A stretch of DNA of 64,000 nucleotides. Origin: Carpediemonas membranifera BICM (taxonomy: Eukaryota > Protista > Fornicata). Below, piece after piece: positions 23,079 to 35,335 of this stretch; position 1 is the first letter of the stretch, and every line of letters begins with the position of its first letter. The stretch covers positions 1-64,000 of the forward strand of contig JAHDYR010000042.1 of NCBI GenBank assembly GCA_019828565.1. The letters are read 5' to 3'. The translations under genes and the position numbers were made by a program. A model generated the notes under the pieces. The model searched no databases. It was not told where the DNA came from and saw nothing but the letters and a program-made list of their open reading frames with translations.

Positions 23079-24197
23079 CTATTCCACCTTGAAGCTGTTG
23101 TAAACCTTTGCCAGTTCCCGTAGTCCTGCCGTGAGGCCTTCCCAAATGTCTATTTCTGTCCATGGGGTTCGCTGGAGTTCGCTCCACACTCCGTTCCCGA
23201 ACACTTTGTCCCTTGCCTTTGCTCCCCTGTTGTTCACTGGGTCGCCCATGCATGCTCTTATAGTCTCTTCCCATTGGTCCGAGCTCTTGATCCTGTTCAG
23301 CTTTGAGACTGTGACTGGCCCCTCCTTCTTTTTCATGGGCCAGGTGTGCACCTCGGGTATGGCCAGAGCCACGTCTCGCTCACTTCTGCCATAGTACCGT
23401 TGTTCCTTCCATGCTAGTGTGATTCCATTGTGTGCTGAGCCCCATACCCCGACCTTCTGAGACTCTACCACCTCAATCTCCGCCCCCTGGATTCCTGGTG
23501 TTGTCACTGCAAAGTCCGGGGTTGATGTTCCTGATGTGAGCGTCCCAGACTTGGGTATGATGGCTTTGAGCCTGTGCTTCTCCATCATATCCTTCCACCG
23601 GGTGGATCTTTCCATCTGGCCTGGGTCGATGTTCCAGTCTCCCATAATTATGGCCTCCATGCTCCCTTTCATGTCCATGATCTTCTGTATAGTGTCCCTG
23701 AATCCATCCTTCTCCTGCTTGCTGTGGCCGGATGGAGGGCCATACACGTTGATGACTAGTATGTCCCTGCCGGTTCTCATTATGCTGGCTTGCACTCTTC
23801 CCGATAGGCTGTCCGTTATGCCGATGTCCCACTTTGCAGTTGCGTGTGGGCTCACTCTCGTGCCGATGCCTTCCCTTGTTCCCTTCCATCTTGGCGCAGG
23901 TTCGTCATTGCCTGCTATGCCTAGTTGTCGGTTGATGCGGTGCTGACTTTTGACATCCGCCTTTCGTTTTTCGTTGGCTAAGACCAGGTCCTCTTCCGTC
24001 TCCCTCCCTGCTAGTGCGTAGTCAAGGTCCATGAAGCAATGAACCCTCGTATTCGCCGTTCTCCATGTCTCTTGTATGAGTACTGCCTCTATGTCCTTCA
24101 ACCTTAGCTGAATCGCCGTTGCCATAGACGCCGTGAAGTCCTTTCCTCTTCCTATGTGTCCCTCTGTGTTCAGACTAAGTATCTTGTAGGTTACCAT
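23079..24197 (-). CDS. Apurinic-like (APE/EEP) endonuclease, ORF2 N-terminus
   Basis: ILSLNTEG, LIQETW, INVYGP, IMGDWN, PDF, SAH motifs of retrotransposon APE. Confidence 0.9.
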   Translation of the reverse strand: MVTYKILSLNTEGHIGRGKDFTASMATAIQLRLKDIEAVLIQETWRTANTRVHCFMDLDYALAGRETEEDLVLANEKRKADVKSQHRINRQLGIAGNDEPAPRWKGTREGIGTRVSPHATAKWDIGITDSLSGRVQASIMRTGRDILVINVYGPPSGHSKQEKDGFRDTIQKIMDMKGSMEAIIMGDWNIDPGQMERSTRWKDMMEKHRLKAIIPKSGTLTSGTSTPDFAVTTPGIQGAEIEVVESQKVGVWGSAHNGITLAWKEQRYYGRSERDVALAIPEVHTWPMKKKEGPVTVSKLNRIKSSDQWEETIRACMGDPVNNRGAKARDKVFGNGVWSELQRTPWTEIDIWEGLTAGLRELAKVYNSFKVE

Positions 24198-24528
24198 TGC
24201 CTTTGTCCTGTTTCCTTATCCTGCGAATTCCCAGAATTTGGGAGCCCCAGCTTCCCGCTCCTCTCCTGCTATCCTTGTCCTAACAAGGGGCCTAGATGCC
24301 GGTCTCGGTGACCCTTGTCAGGCCAACCTTGTTACCACCTGGTGACCTTCCATTCTTCGGGCAGGGTACTTAGGAGGGGGACGATATGACGTGACCCCCC
24401 TTTGGCTGCCGCTACAGCCTACCGGCAGTGCATTTCAGCTAATGCCGGGCCCTGGGTGGGAGCCAGGGCTTGTGAATTATAAAGAAAATGTTGCTTGTTC
24501 CTTGAAAGAATACTGCTTTACCATGTCC

Positions 24529-27500
24529 TTACTCCTCCTCCGTGGACTCCCCACTGCCGCTGCAGCTGTCCTCGGCCTGACTCACTTGCTGTCCTTGTAG
24601 ACTCTGCATTACCGTGATGAACTGGGTCATCAGGTCCATGGGTGAGATCTGCTTGGCCTTCTTAGCCTTCTTGTGCTTGTGCCGGGGGATCGTGGGCTTC
24701 TCCTTGCTGGGCTTAGTCGCGACGCCGGAGAGCACCAACCTTCCGTGGCCTTGCTCTTGCATGAGTCGGGCAGCCTTGAGCGCTGAGATCTCTTGTTGCG
24801 CCTCTGCCAACTGCTTTCGGAGCCGCAGCTTCTCCGAGTCCATGCCGGTTGCCTGTCTGCTTCCAGACTCCCAGTCCATGTCCTCTTCGTGCCTGCTTCT
24901 CTTTCCGCTGTCCGAGTCCATGATCCTACTCGTGCTGCCCTCCTTGCGCTTGAGCGTCGTGGAGGAAGAGTGATCCTTGCTGTTGTCCATGCCTCCCTCT
25001 GAGCCTCTACCGGCCCAGGTGTTCCCGCTGAACGAGCCTCTCATCTGCGTTCCCGTGTTGTCCTGTCTCTCCCTGTCGTCTCCTCCGTGGTTACGATCCG
25101 AGGTCCTGTTCATGTTACCAGCTCTGTCGCCGGTTCTGTCGTCAGCTCTGACACCAGCTCTACCGCCGGCTCCGTGTCCTACCCTTCTGTCCTCTTCCCT
25201 GTCTCCATGCTGGTCGTGATGTCCTTGATCCGCGTCCTGGCCGAAGTGCCTGCCCACCATCCTGGTGCTAATCCGCCTCGCCTTTTCCTCCAGGCCGTTG
25301 TCGAAGAACCTACTTTGGTATGGCTGTTCGGACTTTCCGTCGATGGTGGGGACATACGTGATGCCTGGGACATTGACTGTGTTGGCTCTGGGCTCGTCCG
25401 GGATAGCTGCCGAGACTAGTCTGGCCCCTTCCTTGCGCATGCGGCTTAGGATGGTCCCAGCCTCGCTGACCCTGACCATGCCCCAGTCTCTCGGGATGAA
25501 GCTCGCCCCTAGGGTGATCCTACCCCTGTTCCTGGGAGCCTTGACGTTGACTATGACCTTCTCATAGTCCCTGAGGCTCTCTGCTAGGTCGTCGCAGCCC
25601 CAGACTCCTTGATGAGCCGTAGCCTCCTTCGAGGGCCACCACTCGTATAGCATGGCCATGGTTATGATGTCCTCCTCCCTTGCTGCCCCTAGGCCCTTCC
25701 TGACGCGTACCATGCGGAGCTGGTTAGCCGTGGCTCTTTCCATGATGGTCCATAGCGGGCTTCTCTCCAGTACACCTTCGTTGTCCATGATTGTGAGGGG
25801 GGGCCAGTAAGATGCCCTTCATGCCCAACAGAACCTCCCCGAACCCGAAGCCGATGCCGAAGCGGTGTCCGTTGTCCGGGACTACGAGGATCCTGTCGCC
25901 GACTTCCCTGCTGACGTCCCTTGCGTCCCCGATCGGGTACGTGCCGAAGATCTCAAAGGTGTCCCTCCTTGTCGCGAATTCCGGGCCTCCCATGATATCC
26001 ATGCCCGGCTCCGCCTTCCCGACTGCTTCCATGGTCTTGTCGAGTGCCTTACCCATGTAGTGGTAGACGTCTGGGGTGCTCATCCTCTCCTTGCATAGGG
26101 CCCTGATCCTGGCTGTGAAGACTACTGTATCCGCCAACCCACAGTGATAGCAACCCGCGGTGTGTCTGTGGTACGGACAGACTCCCTTGGGCTCGCTCCT
26201 GTTCTGCCATCCATTTGACCATGTTGTTACTGCTTCCAGGTAGTTGGCCTTGTCGAGGTTGTCCCTGAGGTTTTGGCCAGCCTCCTCCCTTGCCGTTGTT
26301 CTCCAGGATCTCTGGTAGCTTCTTCTCGTCCACCAGCCTAGCTTGGAAGAATTCCCTGGTTCCTTGCTCCAGTCCATTTGTGGGGTTCGTGAGGAGGAAG
26401 CTTTCCATCTCCACCCCCTTTGCATACATGATTATCTTCCAACCCTCCGACCTTTCGATCCTTGCCAGCTGAGCCGCCAGGCGGTTGGCCCAGTCCCTGA
26501 AAGTATGTATGTGCTTCTCATACTCGATCGGCGGCCGCCCCGTCCCGACCTCCACGAAGGTGGCCGGCGGCAGCCCCGTCACTGCCCATGCCGTGTACCT
26601 CGCTTGGTCCATGCTTGCTGCCGGTATGTCCTGGTAGTACAGGCCATGCCCATGTCCAAGAATGTCCCCAGTGCTGAGGTCAAAGAGTACGATCCCGCCC
26701 TCAACCGGGATGGCAGGGATCCCTGCCTTCTTGACGCCAGGGTCTGCGCACTCGAAGTCGATGGCTCCGATCACCAGTCGTTTCTCCTTGTCCTTTCTAG
26801 GCATCCTCGGCGGCTGACTGCTGTCCTTGTTTGAGTCGACCTCCTCGTCCTGGTCGATCTTGCCTTGGTTGGCCCCGACCATGTCCTTGTTCACTTCCAG
26901 GAGGCTGTCGTCGAGGCTTCTCCTGCCGGGCATGGTGGCCTGCTGGCGTCGTTCCTCCTTGTCCTTGACATGTTGCTCCTCGTCTCCGTCGATGACCGTG
27001 CTAGCGGACGACCTGTCCAGATCGGCATGTTCGTCCCTATTGCTGCGGACCGAGGTGGCCTTGAGCACTTCCAGCCTCACCTTCCGGAACGGCGGCTCGT
27101 TGCTAAGGGGGGTCTCCTCCCCTTCGCCCAGGATATTGGTTCTGCCCTTCAGGTAGATCCCTGACTTGTTCCATGCTGCCTGCCATATGGCCGGGGCCTC
27201 CGGTGCCTGAAGCCTGAGGATGTCCCTAGCCTCCTCCATGAAGCGGCTGATGGACCATGCTGACGTGTCGCTTAGCTCTAGGATGACCCTGTACTTGCCG
27301 TCCTCTTGCTCGTAGGCCACTCTGGTGACCGGGCCTTGGTTTGCCGGATCCCATACCTTGTCGTAAGGCACGCCTTCTACGGCCTCGTCTCCATGAGCCC
27401 CTGATACCAGTATGAACGACCCTTCAGCCTTCTTGACGCTGTCCCTGTCTACATCCCATTCGATGGGCCCATCTTCCTTCGGCTTGAGAATCGCCGTCTC

Positions 27501-28034
27501 GATGTCCTTCTCAGATGGCCATCTTGCCATGCCAGTGAAGCCCGCTTTCAGCGTCTTGGGCTCCAGTGCCTGTGCCATGTCCTTTGCTTCCTCGTCTCTG
27601 GGGTTGAGCGCCTCTGTGAGCATGTAGAAAAGGTCGCGGAGGCCGTGGATGCCGCATGGGTTCCTGAGGATGATGTCCTTGTTGTCAGTGACGCCGGTTG
27701 CGAAGAGGATGCGTCTGGCGTTCATGATTACTTCCTTGCGTCCTTTGGAGTTCGCATTGAGCGACTTTCCTGTAAACTTGCCTGTTCTACGAAGAAGTAG
27801 GGTCCTTGAATCGTTCCTTTCAGCGAGGAAGCTGTCCAGTAGTTCCCTGATGTCCTCCCACTGCTTCTGCGTGGAATCCCTGATCCTTGTCGGTATTTCT
27901 ACCTGCATTGTTGAGTGCAAAATTTCTCCCCTTTTCCTAGTCCATAAACTGGGTCGGAATTTTTGGGTCCGAAAGTCGGGCCACATGTACATATCCGGGT
28001 GAGGTCTCCGTCCAGGCCTTCCAGCTTCTCCCAT
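24529..28034 (-). CDS. Large ORF1 (three ORF-track pieces joined by +1 shifts at ~26290 and ~25800) containing a Maelstrom-like DEDDh nuclease domain (~26100-26780)
   Basis: AIDFEC, IPVEGGIVLFDL..GDIL..H, DIP...AVTGLP, MYAKG..E, CPYH......HCGLAD. Confidence 0.75.
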
Positions 28035-30256
28035 TGTCCATGCTCCGTACTATATAGGCCATTCTTTCAAAAAGGCGCGGTCCTAAAAATGCGTCGCCCT
28101 TTTCTGAGTAGCCGGGCCTTTCTGTGTAGTGGTTGTTGCTTTGTTCGTAGTCTCCTTTTAGCCCCTATCGACGGCCCCTGTTTCCCTTTTGCGCTGCCCT
28201 TCCTTCCTTGTGGTCTTGACAAAACCATGTAGCCGCCGGTGCTAGCACTGGCCCTCGACGGTTGTTTTCCTTTTCCTTGTAAACATACGTTCCATGAAGA
28301 CACTTTGATTCCTTGGTATGGGCGTGGAGCTCCCACTCGCGCCCAGCGGTATGCCCTGATGGCAACCCTTGAATGTCCAGACAGGAGGCCAAGGCCGCTC
28401 CTTCTGAGCTCCATGGGGCACTGCCCTATCCATATAGGCCAGGCCTGTTGGTCCTTGTCCATCCATGATCGAAGTGTTTCCACTTTGCTGAAATCATTGG
28501 TGGACTGCTCTTTCCATCACGCGGCGTCCTTTTCTACGTTCATCATGTTCCATGTCTTGACGTTGTTCTATGACCTTCCATCGAGTCGCTCCTCGGTTGC
28601 TACGACGCTCAATGATGGTCTCAGACTGACTTACTCTCCCAAGTTTACCGGCTCGCTATATCTGAATGCAGTGGTGTCAGTTCTGCCCAAGGTTCACTCG
28701 AAACTGCGGCTTCCGATGTTCTATTTGCTTGAGGAGTACTTCGAACGTGATTTCCTCATCAATGCCCAGTTGCGAGTGGACAAGCATCGATCTTGGGTTC
28801 TCGGCTTCCTGGCTCAGAAGACAATGGTCGGTCGTGTCCTTGCTCACTACACCCGCCGTGGCTCATCGAGAAAGCATGGTATGGTGTTGCCGATTGCAAG
28901 GCAGTGTAAGTCTGTCACATTCTGCTCGTGTCTATTTGATGCCGACCGGTGTGCCGCCTGGAGAAATCGTCTATTAACTAAGGTACCCAACTGGGATAGG
29001 GAGGCGAGCCAACAGTCGCTGAATGCGCTGTTTAGTGGATGGGTCAAGGGTATCTGTGAGGAGCCGGAGGAGATCCGGGAACTCATCACTGTTGACGAGA
29101 CAGCCAAGACGATTTGTGTAAGGACGGCGGACAGTGGTCTGGATGAGACTCTCTGCATCTGCAATCTGTGCAACAGTGAGCAGCGAGCGGAGGAGCTGAT
29201 GAGGAGGACTGGGCACAATCTTCGCCCGAGAAGATAGATAGATGGATAATCGGAGTATGTATATAAAGGGTTCTTTATGTTTACACTATCTTCACCAATC
29301 TACAGTCAATTACGTCTATTGCGAGCGAAGAACAGCTTTCAGTAAGAAATTTGAGGCAACTGTCAGGTAATTCTTAGTAACGTCGTCGGCAATGGCGTAA
29401 TAGTCATCAATTTCAGTCAAGTGACTCAGCTTAACGCGCATTTGCTTGATTTCGGCGATAAACTCGGCCCGCTTCATTCGTTTGTCATAAAGTGCATTCC
29501 GGCCATATCACAAGTTTTCTTCATCACAAGGCACGCACGGGGGTGTAAGCGGGACCGAGGCTACCACCACAGCCTCTTCTGAGCCGATGGATACCTTTTG
29601 TTGATTTGCCAGAATTGACCAAACGACGAGGAATGCTTGATATGCCGCGTATGGATGATTTGAAGAAGAACTGAAGGTGAAAGACAAAGATCATAGAAAT
29701 ACACATCATGCGGCTCACTTTTTGGAGACATTGGAGGTAAATTAGCTTTTAGGATCGTTTTTCGTTTGCCAGGCAAAGTTTTGAGTGTTTTCTCGAGAAT
29801 ACTCGATGCCGTATGCAATCTTGCTGCTATTTGATGCAGAACAAAGGTTGTTATGTGACACAGATGTTCTCACTTGCTTTCGGCCTTCTTTGTTGGCGAG
29901 CAAAAGCAAACTTCTTTGGGAGCAATTCCCAAAAGTCGCATCTTTACGCACCCAGGAAATTTTATCTCGGCATACTGGACCAGTGGGGGAGGCACGGCAG
30001 TCTATCCCGACCCTAGATGAACCATGAGACAGTTTTTCGACGAGAGTTTGTGCGATGCCACTGACTTCGCGAGTGAAGGTCTTCAGCATGTTGTACGGAT
30101 GTCTAAACGATGCCTTGTGCAAGTGCAAGGCGTAATACGCTGTAGTTTAATTGTTTGAGCGCGTTCATTTTTTCTTGCAATCGTCCTTTTTTCATGTATT
30201 CCGGGACTTATTCCGGGACTTTAAGTCCCGGTTAAAGTACCAGAAAAAACAGCATG

Positions 30257-33248
30257 AGGGGACAAGTCTCGGGGCACTCTTCGAACGGGGCGACATCCAG
30301 GTGTGCCCTGGCAATTGGGACAAATATTGAGCCAACAGGCTTCGATTCTAGCTCAATTGGGGTGAGTGCGGCCTCTTGCCGGAGAATTCCAGCCGCCGGG
30401 GCAGCGCGCTGGGAGGAGTCGTTCAGGGCCTGAGTGGCCGCGTTGCGGTCCAAGTTGAAGTCAGACGGCGTTGATGGGCGGTGCTGGACTGTCCAGGCGT
30501 CTCTATGGTACTTTGTGAGTTGTTTCTGAGGCTTTTTGGCCTCCATCTCATAGAGTTCGTCCTTGGTCCTAGGCCACTCTTCGGCGCCTTCAACGGTAAA
30601 CAGGGCCTCGTCTAGGTGCACAGACCGGTCCGGAAGCAGCTGGTGCAGCTGGTGTTCCGTGCCCAAAAATGCGCATTTCCAGACGAGTGATGGGATTGGC
30701 ATGCGGAGCCCGTAATCTCCATAATCGAGAGCCATTCTACGAGTTTTGTCTTCCAGACCATCTCTTAGTTGCAGAATGTGCTCTACGCTGCGGCTAAGCA
30801 TCTGCTCGAAGCGGGATGTCCTGCTTTCGTGCCTAATCGGCGACACAGCTCTGTAGATTGCGGATGGCATCGCAAGAATGCATGAACGAATCATATTCAG
30901 CGCAACGCTGGCCGCAGAAGGCCCTACAGTCTCCACCATTTCCACGACGCGAGCAGTCGCCATCTCCATCTCCGAGAAGACATCATCGACAGCTCTTGCC
31001 TCACCATGAGCGTCCCCAACAGGGATTCCAACGGCTCTACTGTTGACTACCCGCTGAATGGCACCCGGGGAGCCAGCAGCGCTGATCACCATACACTTAG
31101 CCGTGTTCACGCGCATGCCGATGCGGCCACAAACCTCAGCCATCCGGTCGTAGAACCGATCAACTCGTGAGGCCGGCATGGACGCTGGCGCGATCAAGTA
31201 AGCATCGTCCTGATAGGAGACCATCCTGCACTCCTGGAACTCACCTCTGATCTGGTCCAGGACCGGCTTCATCGCCAGGGTGAACAGCAGCGGAGATATG
31301 GGGTCCCCTTGCTGGATGCCCTCCCGGGACGGGATGACAAGGCCTGTTGGTGTGATCATCTTGCCCCCGGCATACATCGTGTGCAGGTACGGTAGCAAGA
31401 CCGGGGCCCACGCCTGTGCGACCTCAGACAGATGCTCCCGACTGACGGTTCCGTACGCATTGGACATGTCAACGGCGCACAGCTGCGCACCGCCGGCGTA
31501 CGCTGTCTTCAGAATGTCACCCATGCAGTCCAGGCCGCAGCTCTCGCCCAGTCCGAACTGCCCCTCGCACACACCATCGCCAATAATCCTCAGCCCGACA
31601 TCGTGGGCTAGGACCTTGCCTGCGAGGCGTCTCAGGCTCTCGCCCATTGCAATGGGCCGGACCTTGGAGTCTCCCCTTAGGCAGGGCAACGAGCCTCGAG
31701 TGCGACAGGATCTCAGTGTAGGGCTCACCGTTGATGATGTCGTTGATCAGAGGCGTGACAGCAGCAACAAACTTGTGTTTGCGTAGGCGGTAGGCCAGCT
31801 TCAAGTGAAGGAAACTCAGGCCCGAGGGTCCCGGTGCCGAGTCTGCTTTGAGCCTGTCCAGGGCCCATGTCACAGACTCCGGGGTGACCTCATATGACTC
31901 CAGCGCACCCGCCCGTTGCTGTGGGTGGAAGAGACGTGGGTCTGCCATTGGCTCGGCCTGCAGCTCCACCAGCTTCTCGTCAACCTCGGTCGGGCTGAGG
32001 TCCATGTCCTCAGACAGGAGGATCTTCAGGCCACTGGAGTAGTAGCCGGCCGAGGCCTTGGTGAAGGCCGAGCGCTCCTTGGTCCGGGTCCGCAGTGTCA
32101 CCTGCTTCTTGGCGGGCTTGTACACCGTCTGACCATGGGTCATGATGGCAATAAGGCCACGCCGTTTCTGCTGGGCAGGCACCTCGTTCAGGGCCTCCAA
32201 CAGGTTGATGAGACCCTTCACGAATGAGACCGCACCCTTCCTTGAAGGCTTCGACTTCCCAATCCTGCCGGCCTCCGTCGGGGAGGGGAGGAACTTGAGG
32301 TCCTCTGGGAGCTCTGGAAGGATGGTCTCCGGCTGCGGGCGGGGAGCAGTGAGCCTTCTTCTGGCTGGCTGGGCCGTCCTTGGCTGCGGGACAGCTGGGA
32401 GAGCGGGGTCGACTGGCATACCCAACCCTTCCCTCATGAACGCCACGAACCTGGGTGCGAACGACTTCAGGCCTTGCGGGAACGCATACGAAGGCCGGTT
32501 CCTCGGGTGAGCCGCAAAGACCTGCTCGAGAAGAGCCGTCCAGCGTGCTCTGGACATGCGGTTCTGCCCATTTTGCCCCCTGGAGAGCCAGCGGACGGCC
32601 TCGACTGACGTCAGTGTCGCCACGACCTGGTCGTTGGTCGACCACATGCTACTGCAGTCTTCCTGCGGAACATGCATGCTGAAGTTGCGGCGGACAGAAT
32701 CGATCGTGGTGCGGTCGAGCCACCCTGTGAGCCGGTGGGCGGCATCGACCTGCGGCGGCGGGCGAAGGGGAGGGTTGGCTGAGTCACCACGGGCTTCATG
32801 CTCGGTCTCTGGCTCAGCTCTCTCCCCTTCCCCGCCTTCGACGCCCGCCAGGGAGAGGAACTCGGACACTGCGGTGTCGTCGATGTTCCTCTCCTCTGGC
32901 TGGGTGGGGGCAACCTGGGCGGGGGTCTGGCGCGTGGGCCGGTCTCCCTGCGGGGCGGCTGCGGACTGCGGCCCAGTTAGGGCGACAGCGGAGTCGGTGG
33001 GGGCAGCATCGGCAGGGGTGGGGTCGGTAGACCGGTCATCCCGCTGGGCGGCTGCGGGCTGCGGCCCAGTTAGGGCGGCAGCGGAGTCGGTGGGGGCAGC
33101 CTGGGCAGGGGTGGGGCTCGGGGGCCGGTCTCCCTGGCGTCGGGCGAAGGCCTCGGCCCTCGCGTACTCGCGGGCGACGCCCGCATTCGGTGGGCTGGCT
33201 GGGCGGGGCGCATGCTGGACCCGCTTCGCCAGGGCAGTAACGGACATT
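30257..33248 (-). mobile_element. CRE copy D (subfamily B RT body), 3'-truncated within the zinc knuckle and interrupted by an LTR element
   Basis: Near-identical to 6120-8800; reading continues at 40402-40608 (LRPQKTM|SVTALAKR). Confidence 0.9.
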
Positions 33249-33360
33249 TGTGACGGGCAGGGGACAGGAACACCGAAGGGAAACGATGAACTAACTTTAA
33301 ATTGACTTTGACGATCATTGACCAATCATAAAAGAACTGATTGGGACAGCTAACGTGACA
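33249..33360 (-). repeat. 3' LTR (112 bp)
   Basis: Direct repeat of 40285-40401 apart from a 5-bp indel. Confidence 0.95.
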
Positions 33361-33665
33361 CTGCCTCCATGAGTGGGCATAGGCCGTCTATGTTCGTAGG
33401 GGGTTCAATTGGGGTCGCCATTCGGCCCCTCATCAATTGATTCAGAAGGATGGTGGTGAACTCGCATGGTGGAAAATCTGTCCGGATACACGCAAAATCA
33501 TACAACGAACCGCTAAGTAACTAATCAACATCAATATTCTTGAACGGCGTCGTGTTCCGCATCATTCTCAACGCAAAGCACACAATACAAGAGCCGCACT
33601 TGCAAATCTGCGGTTTCTGCCTCCGCAATGAGAGATGTGGAGTATTATTAAGTAGATGACGACAA

Positions 33666-35335
33666 CTAGAGAGCTTTACGGGCGCTCTTCATCTTCTTGA
33701 GCAATTGGGGATGCTCAGCAAGATAGTCGTCAAGGGCAGCGAGCTTGTCGAGGTCTCGGGTAAAAGGCTCCCAAGTTGCCTCACTATCGTCGTAGCCGTG
33801 CCAGAGCACGTGGAATTGGAGGTTCCTCTGCCTGCAGCGGTGGGCGTCAACTCCTCGGACGACATACTCGTTGTGCAGGCGGGCGGCCCATCGTTGCAGC
33901 TCAGCATCTGTATATGACCCCTTAAACGTATAAAGAGAGTCTGCGTGCGCTGTGACGGTTGCAAGAGTTGTCAGGTCCTTGAGGGTGTAGACGTTAGGGT
34001 GGTCGCCAGGTGAGAGGACTCGCATAGGGCCTCGGATGATAGGGCCAACGGGCGTGTCTCGCCGGAGTAGAACCGCTGCGCCAACGATTGGTGCGTGCGT
34101 CTCCGAAGGGGGCTCGCGTGACACTGCTGATCCTTGGTGGGCCTGAAGGGCGAGGAGGGATGAGCGGAAGTGCTCGAGGGAAATAGGGGAGTCATCGGTC
34201 GCGTTGTTGGTCGTGTGGAGCTGCTTACCGAAGAGAGCTGCATTGGCCGAAAGGCCGCTGTACTCATAGGGGATGTCGTTGAGCAGAATCACTGTGTTGG
34301 GGACTTCCTCAGGCCAGCTCCTGCCTGATTCAAGGGTAAAAGCCTTCAAATGGCGCTTGATCTCGGCGTTGCGTCTTTCAACTACACCACGGCCTGCCGG
34401 GTGATAAGCTGTACCGAGTTCATGCCTAATGCCATTCTCGGCCACGAATGACTTGAATGCCTGGGAAGAGAATCCGGATGCGTTGTCAGAGACGATAGCT
34501 TCGGGTATTCCATAGTGTTTGATCCAGTGTTCTAAAGAGTTGATGACCTCTGCTGTCGAGGTCGACTGTGTCGGGTACACTTGGGTGAGCTTAGAGAATG
34601 TGTCAACTACGACTAGTGCGTGCCGGAGTGAGGGGTGACCATCTAGCGGACCAATGTGGTCCATTTGTACCACTTGGAAGGGGTATGTCCCAGCCAATGC
34701 ATGCGGGTGCTGGCCGACGGGTTGAACGTTCAGACGGGTGAGCTGACAGACTGGGCACTCACTTACCCATTGTTGGACGTCTTTGTGGAGACCCGGCCAA
34801 GATTGTCCCGCATTCGCGATGCGACGGCAGGTGGCGCGAACACCAAGGTGTCCTGCTGAACCGCCATGGTGTGCCTTGAACGTCTCGCGCTTGTTGAGCG
34901 ATGCTTCTGCAGTGCTCACATGGACTAGGCGAGATAGCATGTCAGCAACGGTGTTCTCTTGACCAGGGATATGGACGAGGTCGAAGTCGAACTCATTCAT
35001 CGCTAGTCGCCAGCGAATGACTTTGGCGTTGGTGGATTTGTGGGCAAATAACAGGTTGCGGTGGTCAGTATGTGTTACGAAGTGGCGTCCGGCGAGATAT
35101 CGCTTCATCTTCGTCATTCCAAAGTAAAGACCGTAACATTCCTGTTCAGTGGTGGACCAGCGGCGCTGGGTTGGGTTCAAAGTGTGGGAGAAGAAGGCGA
35201 TGGGGTGCCCTTCCTCGTTCGCGAGCATGCCGCCAACGGCGACGTCCGAGGCGTCGGTGTACAGATGGAGTGTCTCATCAGGTTGTGGGTGTCGTAGCAC
35301 CCTTTCCGTTAGTAACTCTGTCTTGACTGCCTCAA
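33666..35335 (-). CDS. Gypsy pol C-terminal part: RNase H, integrase, chromodomain
   Basis: YTDASDVAVGG, HTDHRNL, H..GHLG..CPVC, QMDHIG, IVSDN, VVERRN, EYVV..FHVLWHGYDDSEATWEP. Confidence 0.95.

Larger units (their letters stand above)
22161..28509 (-). mobile_element. 6.35-kb non-LTR-type insertion encoding a MAEL-domain ORF1 and an APE ORF2, no RT
   Basis: 12-bp TSD CTTTCCATCACG (22149-22160, 28510-28521); 3' tail ATAAATTT(CTTT)n; 3' end repeated at 40608-41276. Confidence 0.9.
20312..29237 (+). pseudogene. Transib/Chapaev(RAG1)-like DDE transposase, 854 aa when 20312-22160 is joined to 28522-29237; interrupted by a retroelement
   Basis: WFDG, ICGDHKALQIVSG, IPPVMH..LMK.F, YLNAVV, LLEEYFERDF; removing the insertion and one TSD copy gives an uninterrupted 2565-nt ORF. 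Confidence 0.75.

Noticed and set aside
29300-30130. Short minus-strand ORFs after the transposase
   Set aside because: Fragmented with no recognisable motif; possibly a decayed gene but not callable.
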